Below are positions 48,970 to 61,876 of a stretch of DNA of 64,000 bases, piece by piece; the stretch's first letter is position 1; every line of letters starts with the position of its first letter. The DNA is from Octopus bimaculoides (lineage: Eukaryota): NCBI RefSeq assembly GCF_001194135.2, contig NC_068999.1, positions 2,366,046 to 2,430,045 of the forward strand. The letters are read 5' to 3'. Under the pieces are notes generated by a model that saw only the letters and a program-made list of their open reading frames with translations, made no database searches and was not told the DNA's origin. The translations under genes were made by a program, and so were the position numbers.

Positions 48970-51592
48970 NNNNNNNNNNNNNNNNNNNNNNNNNNNNNNN
49001 NNNNNNNNNNNNNNNNNNNNNNNNNNNNNNNNNNNNNNNNNNNNNNNNNNNNNNNNNNNNNNNNNNNNNNNNNNNNNNNNNNNNNNNNNNNNNNNNNNNN
49101 NNNNNNNNNNNNNNNNNNNNNNNNNNNNNNNNNNNNNNNNNNNNNNNNNNNNNNNNNNNNNNNNNNNNNNNNNNNNNNNNNNNNNNNNNNNNNNNNNNNN
49201 NNNNNNNNNNNNNNNNNNNNNNNNNNNNNNNNNNNNNNNNNNNNNNNNNNNNNNNNNNNNNNNNNNNNNNNNNNNNNNNNNNNNNNNNNNNNNNNNNNNN
49301 NNNNNNNNNNNNNNNNNNNNNNNNNNNNNNNNNNNNNNNNNNNNNNNNNNNNNNNNNNNNNNNNNNNNNNNNNNNNNNNNNNNNNNNNNNNNNNNNNNNN
49401 NNNNNNNNNNNNNNNNNNNNNNNNNNNNNNNNNNNNNNNNNNNNNNNNNNNNNNNNNNNNNNNNNNNNNNNNNNNNNNNNNNNNNNNNNNNNNNNNNNNN
49501 NNNNNNNNNNNNNNNNGTTTTCGCAGGACCTTTGAAATGGCAAGATCGAGGCTATAAGTATTCCTCTTGAAATTTTAAAAGTCACAGGAAAGTCAGGTGC
49601 AGAAAGGAAATTCTTGAAAACTGACGTACAGGGTGAGAAAGAAGGGATTTCTTTCGGTTTGGAATCACGAACTGAAAATGGAAGATTATTGACACCATTC
49701 GTTCGGCTGATCCCTACTCCACCTTTCTTTTTTTTTTTTTTTTTTTTTCCTTTCAAATATTTCTTCAAACTCCGTTTTCAGCAACGGAGATAACGATTAT
49801 GCAAAAGAAAAAGAAAAAAGTTTTCGAAGTTTTAATTCACCACCTCCTCCGCCACCAATGTCATCACCACCACTAAATTTATAAAACTTTTCGGAAATTT
49901 TCTTTTTAAATTCCACGATTAAAAATATGGACATTACGATTCTGGGGTTTTTTCTTCTTTCAAAATTTTAATTCCGATTGCTTAAAATAATTTTCCACTT
50001 TCAATTCGTGGTCACAAACCGAAAGAATGCTGAAAACAAGGACAGGACGAAGCGTTGGGTTAGGGTCAGCTGTAAGTAAGGGTCGGTAAACAGAATGCGG
50101 GTGGCGAACTGAGCGAGGATTGAGTTGGGGGAGGGGATACGAAAGCAACAAGCTCAGAAGAATAAAGGCCATTGCAATCGCAAGTTCTGGTGTCGATGAT
50201 TATCAATGAACGCTCTTTCCTCGAAAATTTCAGGCCTTGTGCATAAATAAGAAACTTATTAATTAAAAGAGGCGAGAGAAAAACTCATTAGTATTTTTAG
50301 CGGAGGTGGTAACTTGATATTCACCAGTTTCAGATCCAGTGATAATGGGGGACGGCGCAAAGCATCCGTAATCGGTGGATCAACGAAATAGTGAAGTCTG
50401 CTAAGCTTCAGTTCTGACCTTTTGCTGATGGTGGCTGAGACGGGATGCGAGAAATAAAACAAAATGAAAACAAAAATAAAAAAAAAGAATTGCCCCTAAA
50501 TTACTTTTAAAGGTCTCGGGCAAAGCTTTAGTGGAGTTTCGTGGATATCTAAAAAGAAATGGTTGCATAATTTGCGCCACTTTAAATACTAAACTGAAAT
50601 TTGCTGTTTAGATTCCTTATGCGTGTTCGAGTAGGATGTGTTGATCAGATATGTGTCTGTTTGGATGTGTGTATATGTGTGCTCCGGAAAGTTTTACAAG
50701 TGTAACCTTATGTACGTACGTATGTTTCTATGTCAAATGTACAAAAGAGGTGCAGTTATTTTAAAATTGGGAGGCATTCTTATTAAAACGGTTTGAATGA
50801 CAAAAGAAAGAATAGAAAAAGAGAGAGAAATGAAAGAAAGAAAGAAGCTCATACAATTGTTCTTGCCAGTTGCGTTGGCGGTCTTCACGACAATGGTTTA
50901 AGTTTGCTGTTTGCTGAGTTGGTCCATTTTTGTAATAAAAAATATGTACTATATCTGTTGGAAAGCTAATAAAACATGGCTTAAAAGGAATGTCGTATTA
51001 TTATGACGGTATTAAAAGTACTTACACTTCAAATCAAATTGTAAAGAGATAGCGAAGGCAGTTGGCCTAATGGTTAGGGGGTCTAATGGCATTGTATACT
51101 TGAGTAAAACATTTCATTTTCTATTGCTCCAGTCCATTCAGACCCTATCATTTGTAGCACAGAGTAGATATTTTCTGTTAGGAAGCCATGACTCCCAAAG
51201 TCATTTCAGAGTTGTTCTATTTGGCATCTGCTGCATTCGTCAGGCAACAAGGGGTGTTCTGAAACGACTGGTGGTATCTTTAAGGCCTGTGGCCTAAAGC
51301 AAGTGTTTTCTCCATGGCACACTGCAGTCAAATGGCCTTTTTTTATGGGTTAAATATATCTCAAATATTTGTATAAGGCAGCGAGCTGGCAGAATCGTAT
51401 AGCCCGCTGGAAACGATGTCCCCTGGGGCTAAATTACAGCAACATTCGTCCTAAACCAGGACTGCCATGTTATGTCGGCAAACAATCTTTACTCCAAAGT
51501 ACTGTTGCTGAATATCTCTCGTTGTGAGATTTTAAAATAGTAATTTTCTAAATGCAAGCCTCTGCCTCAAGTTTTTGAAATAAACTACTTTC

Positions 51593-51808
51593 AAGGCGGC
51601 GAGCTGGCAGAAACGTTAGCACGCCGGGCGAAATGCTTAGCGGTATTTCGTCTGTCTTTACGTTCTGAGTTCAAATTCCGCCGAGGTTGACATTGCCTTT
51701 CATCCTTTCATGGTCGATAAATTAAGTACCAGTTTCGTACTACAGTGGATCTAATCGACTGCCCCCCCCTCCCCAGAACTTTCGGGCCTTGTGCTGAGAG
51801 TGGAAAAG
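51593..51808 (+). mobile_element. Young full-length tRNA-derived SINE (GGCGAGCTGGCAGAAACGTTAGCACG family) with 14-bp TSD
   Basis: A-box TGGCAGAAACGTTAG and B-box GTTCAAATTCC. TSD AATAAACTACTTTC at 51579-51592 and 51809-51822. Near-identical to the copy at about 63549-63755. Confidence 0.9.
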
Positions 51809-52504
51809 AATAAACTACTTTCCATAAGCGATGACGTATTCAGCATACATTTAGAGTACCATTCTAAAGTACAACGAACTTCTCAGGGACTGATGTCAGT
51901 TGAAATGTTACCCTTGCAACATCTAATCATTAAACAGTGTATCATTACTTTGGAATTGCACAAAGAACAACATCCTATTACATATTATTAACTGCAGAGC
52001 AGCCTCAATAGCAAGCTGACATTTTTGATGGTACGGCTACACATGTATTTCAATACATTTTAAATGTTATCTGTAAACACAGTCTTTTTTTTTTAATGTT
52101 CTCTGCCTGAAACTGAGGAAAGGGGTGTTTTATATGTCCACAGTTCTCATATGTCATCAAATACAGCAATTTTAAAATGCTTTTTTTCTTTTTCTTTTTT
52201 TTACATTACACTAGAGTAATTTATGTTTAATTATATTTTATGGAATAGCATGGGTTTAGCAATATAAAATCTTTTGTTTCAATTTGGCCTTGTCAACTGG
52301 CAGTTGATTTCAGTATGGGCTTCCATCATGAGAAAAAAGTTTCTCACCCCTGGTCTACTGTTTAATGCAAAAACACTTAACAAAGTTCGTGTTTTGGCAC
52401 AAAACTTTAGGAACTTAAGTGAATTATATAGCTTTAAAGCTAGTGAATAATATGTATGTATATCTGTATGCATGCACATATATGTATGTATGTTTGTATG
52501 TATG

Positions 52505-52538
<34 letters not shown>

Positions 52539-53220
52539 TGTTTGTATGTATGTATGTTTGTATGTATGTGCATATACATACATACATACATACATACATA
52601 CAGTGTGTTTGAGCCAAATTTGACAATTATTTATGTCTCCTTTTTAAAAAAAAAAAAACAGCTTGATGTATTGTGGAACAGTCAATGGCGTTGGAGAGCA
52701 TAAATATTAAAATTGTAGTTGAGAAAAAGTTGACACGGAAGACTGGAAGCCATCTGAATATTGGAAAAGAGTTACCTGCATCATGATGATTAACATTGAG
52801 TATCAAAATACCAGCATTAGAACTGCTGCGCAATGCTCTGTGAGTAATGTAAAGGCTGTAAGACATGACATGGACTGCTGCAACAGATACTATGAGGTCA
52901 TGGCTAGCAGGGAAGGGGATCAGCAAGTGTTCTGATTGCGTTTGATTACCATTTCATAGTAATCTCATGTTCTTGGATTGCAAATGCATAGCCTTTGAAA
53001 TGTGATATGATGTAGTAGCATCTATGCTTGTATGTTATAAATATAAATGTAATATGTGCATAATAAATGCACAATATTTTATATAATATATATACATTTA
53101 TAGTGTATAATTATATATATCTTATATAATACAATATATATATAATATACATGCACTACATATAATATATCTATGTGTGTATACACACACACACACACGT
53201 ATATGTATAGACAGACAGAC

Positions 53221-53262
<42 letters not shown>

Positions 53263-54390
53263 GGAGACTGACAAACAGAGAAACAGACAACTAATTTAAT
53301 TGCAATAAAAGCAGAGGAAATGAAATGTGAATTAACATAAAGTCATAGAAGTTGCAAATATACTTAAGATTTTAGTAGAGACAGGTGTTGGTTATGATAT
53401 TATATTTCATAATCACCACCACCACCACCACTGCTGCTGCGACCACTACTACTGCTACTGTTACTGCTGCCACTTCAGCAGTCAATGAATGTATCTGTGC
53501 ATGTATTTATGTGGTGTGCTTCCTTCACTAGCATCAGTATCATGGTAATCATAGAAGCCAGCATAGGAACCCCTATGTGGTTCCTCATTCTGCTAGAAAT
53601 AGCTGAATTTTCTCTAAATTGTGAAAAATAGGTTGTACACATATTCTTTTATTTGGGGGAGGGGGTAAATTGGTATCATCAGTCCCCAAGCCACTTGATT
53701 AGTTTTGGGAAGGTGAGTTATTTCACAGAATAGAAATCTAAATGTTAGGTCAAGCGTGAAAGATTAGGGAGAAGAAAGCAAACTTGACTGTCAAGAAACA
53801 CAGAAGGAAGCTTAACTGGGTTGGGGAGTTTAAATGGAAGTGATGCAGATCCTGCAAGAAGGTCAATGTCTGTTCCAACAGCACAAGTAGAATGACCTTC
53901 ACTACATCAACTATCTTCCATGGATGGAATGATATTCCTATCCTGTTGCTACTCTAGTTCAAAACACATTTTGGTTACATGTGAACAAAAAAACGAAAAA
54001 TCACTGAACCATAAACATCAAATATCATGACAACCCCTGCTCCAGTGACTTATTTGAAATGTTATATTCTCGTAATGTCTTAGGTGCAGCTAGTCTATTT
54101 TTTTTCTTTTTGTTCTATAAATTTTACATTATTTCTTTTGTTTTTACTCACATTTCTTGGTTTCAAAGTAGATCACATATCTTTGAAATTCAGCCCCAGT
54201 TCAACTCTTCACTGAGCAGTCATATGATCAAAAGTGACCCAGCCATAACCTTCGCATATCAAACAGTGTATCTAGGACTACACTATCGAACATGTCATCC
54301 TGTTTTTGTTAAATAGCAGGATGTAATTTAAGAGAGACCTGACTGCTATTTCTAGCGAGCCGTGTGTCTCTCTACATCCTCTTTTGTTGA

Positions 54391-54428
<38 letters not shown>

Positions 54429-55080
54429 CGACGGACTTCTTTCAGTCTACCAAATCCACTTACAAGTCTTTGGTCGGCCTGAGGCTATAATAGAAGACAC
54501 CCAAGGTGCCATGCAGTGGGACTGAACCCAGAACCATGTGGTTCTTAAGCAAGCTACTTACACACAGCCACTCCTACGCCTAAGTGGTAATTTTCTGACC
54601 TAGGTTATCTTGGGGTGCATTGTCCAACATATCCTTTATTTAAGACACTAAGATGTGATTTGTGGAATATTTTTGGCTGCTATTTCTACACGCGCCAGTA
54701 ACCATCAACAGGCTATTTCATTGACTTATTAAGTCAGTTAGAGTTATTTCCCTGCTCCACATAGATGACCTCAAGCCAAGACGGAGCCTCTTTGTTGATG
54801 GCCGTCCTGCTAGAAATAGCAGCCAAATCTCCCCCAAATAACATCGAACAATAAGGATCTAGATGTGTGAGTTCAATTCGCGGTGGTGTCATTTTGTCCT
54901 TGAGCAAGACGCTTTATTTGACTTTGTTTTGGTTGTCTTAGCTTGAAAAAACGATTTGTACATTGTGTGTCTGTGGAATGCTCAGCCACTCGCATGTTAA
55001 TTACATGAGCTGGCTGTTCCATTGATTGAATCGACTGGCACCGTAGTCATCGTAAGCAACAGTTTGCCAGTCATAGATGC

Positions 55081-55407
55081 ATGCTTACCCAGCTCTCGGC
55101 TGTTGGATGGCCATTCCCGACCTCGCCCTATGAGAAACCATATGTTATACTGTACAACGGACAAAATGGAAAACTTTATAATGAGATATACTCACGGGAC
55201 AGAGTGATAAAAGTGAATAGGGGATTACCCGAGTACATTCATTGTGTGGTGGCAGACCCAGAGTGTCTTTCGAGAGAAAAGGATTATGAGGAAGACTTTG
55301 AGTGGTGGGTCAAGAAAACGGACATCAGCAGAATACCAGAACGGGTAAGCTATCTGGAACTTTTAAAGAAATTTAACAGAGACATTCTTCGGAAAGATGA
55401 AAGTTAA
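55081..55407 (+). CDS. Orphan 108-aa ORF of unknown origin
   Basis: ATG-to-TAA ORF with non-repetitive, protein-like composition, sitting between a SINE end and low-complexity DNA. No family recognised with confidence. Confidence 0.3.
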   Translation: MLTQLSAVGWPFPTSPYEKPYVILYNGQNGKLYNEIYSRDRVIKVNRGLPEYIHCVVADPECLSREKDYEEDFEWWVKKTDISRIPERVSYLELLKKFNRDILRKDES

Positions 55408-55719
55408 TGGTTACAAATAAGGTTTTAAAAAGAAGTTTTATTAATAGATTTAGTGAAGTTGCTCGGAAGTGGGGCCAAACGGCTTGATTTCATTTATCAT
55501 CTTATCTAATTCATTCTTTCCATCTGTTTCTTTTCTGTCCCCTCTGCGTTAGGCCCTGTGTGGCCAATCAAAGAAAGTCTACTGAGTGCATTCACCCATT
55601 TGACAAGTTTTGATTTTCATCCCGCAGAGCATCCAATGGGAACCACTCTCCTTACCAAAGAGGCTTGGCAGGGTTTTCAGCTTGGGGGTGAACATCAAAA
55701 CTTGTCAAGTTTTATTACT

Positions 55720-55925
55720 GTCATCATCACCATCACTACTACCACCACTGCTGCCGCCACCACCACCACCACCACCACCACCACTGCTGCCAGCATCATT
55801 ACCATCACTAACACTGCACACTGCAACCACCATCCATCAAAGTTGTCATTACCATCACTGCCACCACCACTACCACAGCAGTTGCTATCACCACCACCGC
55901 TGCTGCTGCCATCTTCACCATCACC
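55720..55925. repeat. (CCA/CAT/CTG)n trinucleotide mosaic
   Basis: Visible triplet repeats; they produce the poly-T, poly-P and poly-V ORFs. Confidence 0.85.
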
Positions 55926-58019
55926 TCTGTAGGAAGTAACTAAAGACCTCAAAGGAAGTCTGTGTTGGACAAACACCGATCTGTTAAAAGTTGGTAGATA
56001 AAAATAAATTACAGCCAGGTGATGTGCAGGGCTTCATAACGACCTCTGTATTAGTCTCTCATTGTTCTGTTTTTATCTCTCTATACGTTTATAGAATACT
56101 GCAACACGTGTGACATTTAAGCATGCCACCCTACCCCCTCCCCGTCGTTTCTGTCAATTCGCCACCCTTCCCCACCCCACACATTTTAGTACCTATTGTT
56201 ACTAGCTTATCGTAGTTTTATCACCAACCACATCTCTACTCTTCTTCCTTTACCTCCATCTCTAACTACCTATCACTACTCCCCTCTTGTACTCTTATGA
56301 ACCTATGCACCCACCCTCACTGCTCTTCTGTCTGTATTCTCTCTTGTATTGGTTTCAAATTTTGGCACAGAACCAGCAATTTGGAGGGAGGGGGTAAGTT
56401 GATTACATTGACCCCAGTATGCAACTGGTACTTATCTTATAAGCCGGATTGAATGGTACTGCCCTGGTGTCAAAACCATAATGATATCCGTAGGGCAGCT
56501 GATGATGGAGGTATGTTGGATTGTTGGTATGGCCGTTGTTGTATATGTGGAATAGTGTTATAACACATCTTTTGATATATACATATGTATATATTTAAAT
56601 TACTTTGAAAAATCTTTAAAAATTCTGCTGTTTAAGAAGATTAATATAGAAAAGGTGTTTTTACAGGAATGGATAAAAGTAACGGGAAGTTTTTAAAAAA
56701 TGAAAGAAAAGATCGTTTTGAAATATCTAATATTGTTTATAATTTTGAAATTCTTGTATTAGTTTCAGCCAAGTTAGCTGCAACCTCAGCATAAATGCAT
56801 TCTATATGATATGGGAAATAAATTTATTATCATGCCATCGGGATTTATTTCCCTTGTATTAGTTGGGTTGGGAAAGTCGTAAACTTGTGGCTTACCAATA
56901 AAGAAGATCCAGGTTGAAAGGAAAACTAAAGTTCCGGTAATAAAATGCCTGACTGAAACACATTGGAAAACGTGAAGAGAAATGGTAGAAGGTTGATTTT
57001 AGTATTTTTCGTCATCTCTGTAGAATTCTTGCAAATCTGATTATCTTGTACTTTCTGTCGTTTGTCGGCAGTGTTATTATCCCTGGACTTTTTGTTGCCC
57101 TTCTTTCTGTTTTTGTTATGTTTACCCTTATTACTGTTAACCTAAATTTCTTGTAATTGTTGTTGGCACTTTGAAGTATTACCTCCTACACCTTTTGTTG
57201 TTCTTACTCTTGCCGCTAAATTTTATGTCACTTACTGTTATCCCCAAATTTCTTTTAATTTCAAACACTTTAGTACTAACACTTGCTGCCCTTTTTACTG
57301 TCACCCTTAAATTTTTTGTTACTATTTATAGTTCTGTTGGCCCTTTAGGGGAAATGAAAAATTTAGGGATTATAGTAATCCCTATATTTCTTATTTGGTA
57401 ATATTACTCCTGCCTGAACACTCCTACTATATTTGTTTGCATTCATCACCTTTATCCCTTAATTCATAGTTTATTTTTGCTAGCCCCCATTATTATCCCC
57501 CTCAATCTGTTTTCTGTTTGGTTTGAATTTATTACTCTTATCCTACCTGAGAAATTTTGAAGAAAACTATATTATTTAGAATTAAAGAAGAATTAAAATA
57601 TATTCAGGATTTAAGTAAAAAAAAAATAGAAAACAAAATTCTCATAATTCCATTATTACAAGATATAAAATGGTAGCAAGCTGCCAGAATTGTTAGCATG
57701 CTGCACAAAAGAGAACACATCGTTTCTTCCTGCTTTACATTCACCATCATTTAACGTCTGTTGTCCATGCTGGCAGGGGTTGTATAGTTTGACCAGACTC
57801 CAGTCTGACTTGGCATGGTTCCTACGGCTGGATGCCCCTCCTAATGCCACCCACTGAGAGTGTAATGGGTGCTTTTTGTGTGCCACTGGCATGACACCAG
57901 TACCTGCCACGACTGTGATTCAGAGTTCAAATTCCACCAAGGCTGGCTTTGCTTTGCATCCTCACAGCTCCAATAAAATAAGGACCATTCGAGGAGCATT
58001 GGTGGCGCTATGTAATCAG

Positions 58020-58670
58020 CTTACCCAAAATGTCAGAGCATTATCCTCATGGAAGAACACCTTTATACTTGAAATCAAGGATGGTCGTTTTTCTTCTCGC
58101 ACTGGCTAAAGTCACTCAAGCTGCCCACAGTAGATCTCCTTTGTTACCATTTGATTTGGGTTTCAAAGTTCAAAGTGCACTAAACCTTTCATATCCCACC
58201 AAACAGATAACAACACCTTATGTGAATGAAGACCTTTTTTAGTCTGGGCTACTGGTGCTTCTCCTTTCCTTACCTACTGTCTTTGGTGTTTGACATTTTT
58301 ATAGAGAACCCATTTCTCGTTACCAGTCACTATTCGGTCCACAAAAAGTTCATTCGTGAGACGTGACAGCAAAGAGCACACATTCACTCTCTGCTCGCGA
58401 TTAGACTCGGAAAATTTGTGAGGAACCCATTGACTCAATTTGCTGACTTTTCCAGTGGCATGCAGGTGTCGACGAATGGTTGAATGACCAATTCCAAGCT
58501 TCTCAGCTGGTTCCTCAACAGGGTTTGCAGGATGTTCTCATCAAGCTATTCAGATTTTCCAGGATGAGGCCTGTCTTCTAGGTTCTAGTTTCCAGCTCAG
58601 AATCTGTTTGTATTGAGGCCCGAAAGGATCTGAAATGGTGTGTCCTCAAGAAAAACGAATTTCATTTTTG
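58020..58670 (-). pseudogene. Decayed mariner (DD34D) transposase
   Basis: Broken minus-strand frames read STIRRHLHATGKVSKLSQWVPHKF...DRIVTGNEKWVLYKN...KVLLSVWWDMKGLVHFELL...FFHEDNA. These match the mariner WVPHEL, IVTGDEKW and HDNA motifs, with stops and frameshifts. Confidence 0.88.
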
Positions 58671-60937
58671 AAATCTGTGTCTCAAGGCGAGTGCTGTGCA
58701 TAGATAATTAAAAAAATATAATTCCACTTTTACATCTGCAAATCTCCTACTCTATTTGTTACCATCAATCCATCTCTCTTATTATTTGCGACACACTTTA
58801 TCACTCTTTCACTTCTGTGTAAGCATTATATCTCATGCATTACTTTCATTTTGTTTAAAACATCAACTTGTCATGTTTATTTTCATTTTATCACAGCTAT
58901 CACACACTAATCTTGTTTTCTGATTAGGTAAAAAATGTAACATTTTTCTAGGTAAGATACTTGCTGACCTCACTTGTGACAGTACTATGACAAAGCACCT
59001 GGTCCGCTCTGTAAAATGGTCATCATCCAGCTGTCGACAGCATTCTAAAGCAGACATTGGAGCTCAGTACAATACTCTGGCACAGCAAATTCTGTTGAAC
59101 TATTTAATCCAGGCCAGCATGGAAGCTGGACGTTAAATGATGATGAATAGAGAAACTGTACTCCAAACACATTTTAGAGACTGAATATAGTTAATAATAG
59201 TCAATTATAATTGAGCTCAGGAAGTTAGTAATCGTCCTTTGGTTAATCCTGGAAGGATGAACGGCAAAGTCGACCTTAGTGCCATTTGAATTCAGAATAA
59301 TTCTGAGGTCTTGTGCGCCAGGCCACAAGTGTGAGGGAAATAGATATGGTTGACTGAATTGACATCTTCAGTACATGGTTAAGACTCCCCCTTCGGTCAT
59401 AAATGACCATGGGATTGCACCTAGAAAGTTCCCTTCTGAGGTACAAGTCCAAGCAAGGTTGTTTATGGAAGACCAGCAGTCACCCATACGTACCAGCCTC
59501 TCCTCTCCATGCCACCAATGTGGTCCAAGGGAAAGGAAAAGGGGCCAATACAGCCTGGCACCAGTGACATCACAGCACATTTCTACAGCTGAGTGAACTG
59601 GAGCAACATGAAATAAAGTATCTTGCTCAAGAAAACAGCACAAAGCCCGGTCCAGGAATCAAACTCACTACCTTGTAATTGTGAGCTCAACGTTCTAACC
59701 ATTGAGCCATGTGTGTTCACTGCCAGTACATGGCTGGTATTTTATCAACCTACAAAGTAAGTAAGCCAATGTGAACTTCTTGACAGGATTTCAACTTAGT
59801 TTGTTCAATGAAATCCAAAGTCGTAAGACAAAACCCTAGAACGAAATGGCAAAGGCGACTTAGACGGAAATTAAATATTCCGTAACTTATTTTCAGATAA
59901 GTTAATTTTTTTTTTTTTAAACTTCCTACTGTCTGACGTAGGCAGAAGGCCACAAAATGAGACAAAATCGATTCAAATGATTGACCTCGGCATTCACCTG
60001 GTATGTTTTAAGAGAACCTTTTTATATTACGCCGTAAACTCAAAAGAAAAAATACAACCATCATTAAATTTTTTTCAATAAATAAATTATTTAAACACAA
60101 AATAAGCTAATTAAACAAAGTAGGAAGAGGAGCTTAGGGAAAATTGGAAGAGCCAAGTATTGGAGTTGTGCATGGTAATTCCAGTGCACTTTTTGAGAAT
60201 TAAAAAGCGAAATTATCTTTATCGTCCACCTCTCCAATAATGATCTGGCTGAGTCACAGATTAGAATAAACAACATTTTTGCCGTTAAATATCTTATACA
60301 ATTGCACATTTTATATTTTTAAAAATGCTATCATATGTATTTGAAGTATTGGAGTTTAATTTATATTTTAGAAAATTAAACGGAGATTGTATTTGTCACA
60401 GTGGTGTGTGTCTGTCTCTATTTCCTTTTGAGGTTTGTAATATGAAGGATGATTATTTAAATGAAACACCCCCACCGGAAGGACGAAGGGTAAAAATCGA
60501 CAAGATTCGAACACAGAACGTAGAATAACTGATAAAACTAAATACTGCAAGGTATTTAGTTCATTACTAAATCAATTCTTAAAATTAATAACAGGAAAAG
60601 TAACGACAATAAAAAAAAGTAGTAATAACAACAATAATAATTTCTCACATGGTTATGAAACCTCATAGTTTTAATAAAAATAAGATTAGTTTCTTGATGT
60701 TGTTTAGCCACAGGTCAACCCGTATCGAGCATTCCAACTGTGACCATCCCGTCTTTTTGTAAGGGTATGAAGGACTACATTATTTAACGTGTCCTTTCCC
60801 GCAAGACGGCAGGGTATGATCTGAGAATAGTGTTGCCTGCTAGTTCTAGCAGGGTCGATCGACCACGTAGAGTTACCTTCAGTTGTGTAATGTGTTGTTA
60901 ATATTGACGAAGAAGGAAAGACGTTCATTTTTCTTTT

Positions 60938-60975
<38 letters not shown>

Positions 60976-61097
60976 TTTTCTTTCTTTTCTGTAATGAGAG
61001 TTNNNNNNNNNNNNNNNNNNNNNNNNNNNNNNNNNNNNNNNNNNNNNNNNNNNNNNNNNNNNNNNNNNNNNNNNNNNNNNNNNNNNNNNNNNNNNNN

Positions 61098-61136
<39 letters not shown>

Positions 61137-61423
61137 ATCCCAGTATTTTACTGGTACTTTATTTTATCCAGTCCTCGAAGGATGAAAGGCAAAGTTAACC
61201 TCGGCGGGATTTGAAAACAGTAAGTAAAGCACCGTTACTAAATACCGCAAGGTATTTTGTCCGATGCTCTACCGATTCAACCAATCCACAGTCATGTCTA
61301 TATGTGCATATTCTCTTTTTGTGTTGTTTTTTTTTTTTACAAATGGTTTAAATGGTTTTTTTTTTTCTTTTTGTTTATATATATATAATTCTTTGTGGGG
61401 GAGCAAGACGACTGCTGGGGTTG

Positions 61424-61675
61424 TCAACGTTCGGTACATCCTACCCCTTGACAGTCATCCGTGGGACAGTGCCAGAACATGCAATTCCCCACACAACTGT
61501 AGCATATGAGAAAGACAGCAGCTAGAAAGACCACACTACATATCGTGCAGGGCTTCCTTTCTAAGAAGAAACTGGTGAGATATAGCACCATGAACATAGC
61601 ATGGTTATAGATGAAAGCTGGATTCAGTGGTTTCGGTATAAGCAACACAGGTATAAGCCACTGTAAGCAATACAT
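61424..61675 (-). CDS. BLCAP: Bladder cancer-associated protein (BC10 family), 83 aa, single coding exon
   Basis: [65 protein letters not shown] matches the BLCAP hallmarks [29 protein letters not shown] and LICYSCWGNC. Start context is ACGATG. Candidate 5'UTR donors on the minus strand lie at about 61835 (GTAAGT) and about 62250 (GTGAGT). Confidence 0.96.
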   Translation of the reverse strand: MYCLQWLIPVLLIPKPLNPAFIYNHAMFMVLYLTSFFLERKPCTICSVVFLAAVFLICYSCVGNCMFWHCPTDDCQGVGCTER

Positions 61676-61834
61676 CGTCGTTGTTAATTTTGGGGTGATA
61701 TTTTAGTTACAATTCCATTCGCATCGAGGATGCCTCTGTTTTAACTCCCAAGTTGCCAGATTTCTATCGATGTGTTTTGGTCTTTTAGCTTTTGAAACCT
61801 CTTCAGTTCAGAGATCAAAGAAACAGAGAACTTA

Positions 61835-61876
<42 letters not shown>

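Noticed and set aside
56450-57560. Strand-biased, N/K/G/S-rich ORF-like stretch
   Set aside because: Many stops in all frames and no recognisable motif; probably a decayed retroelement, not identifiable by eye.
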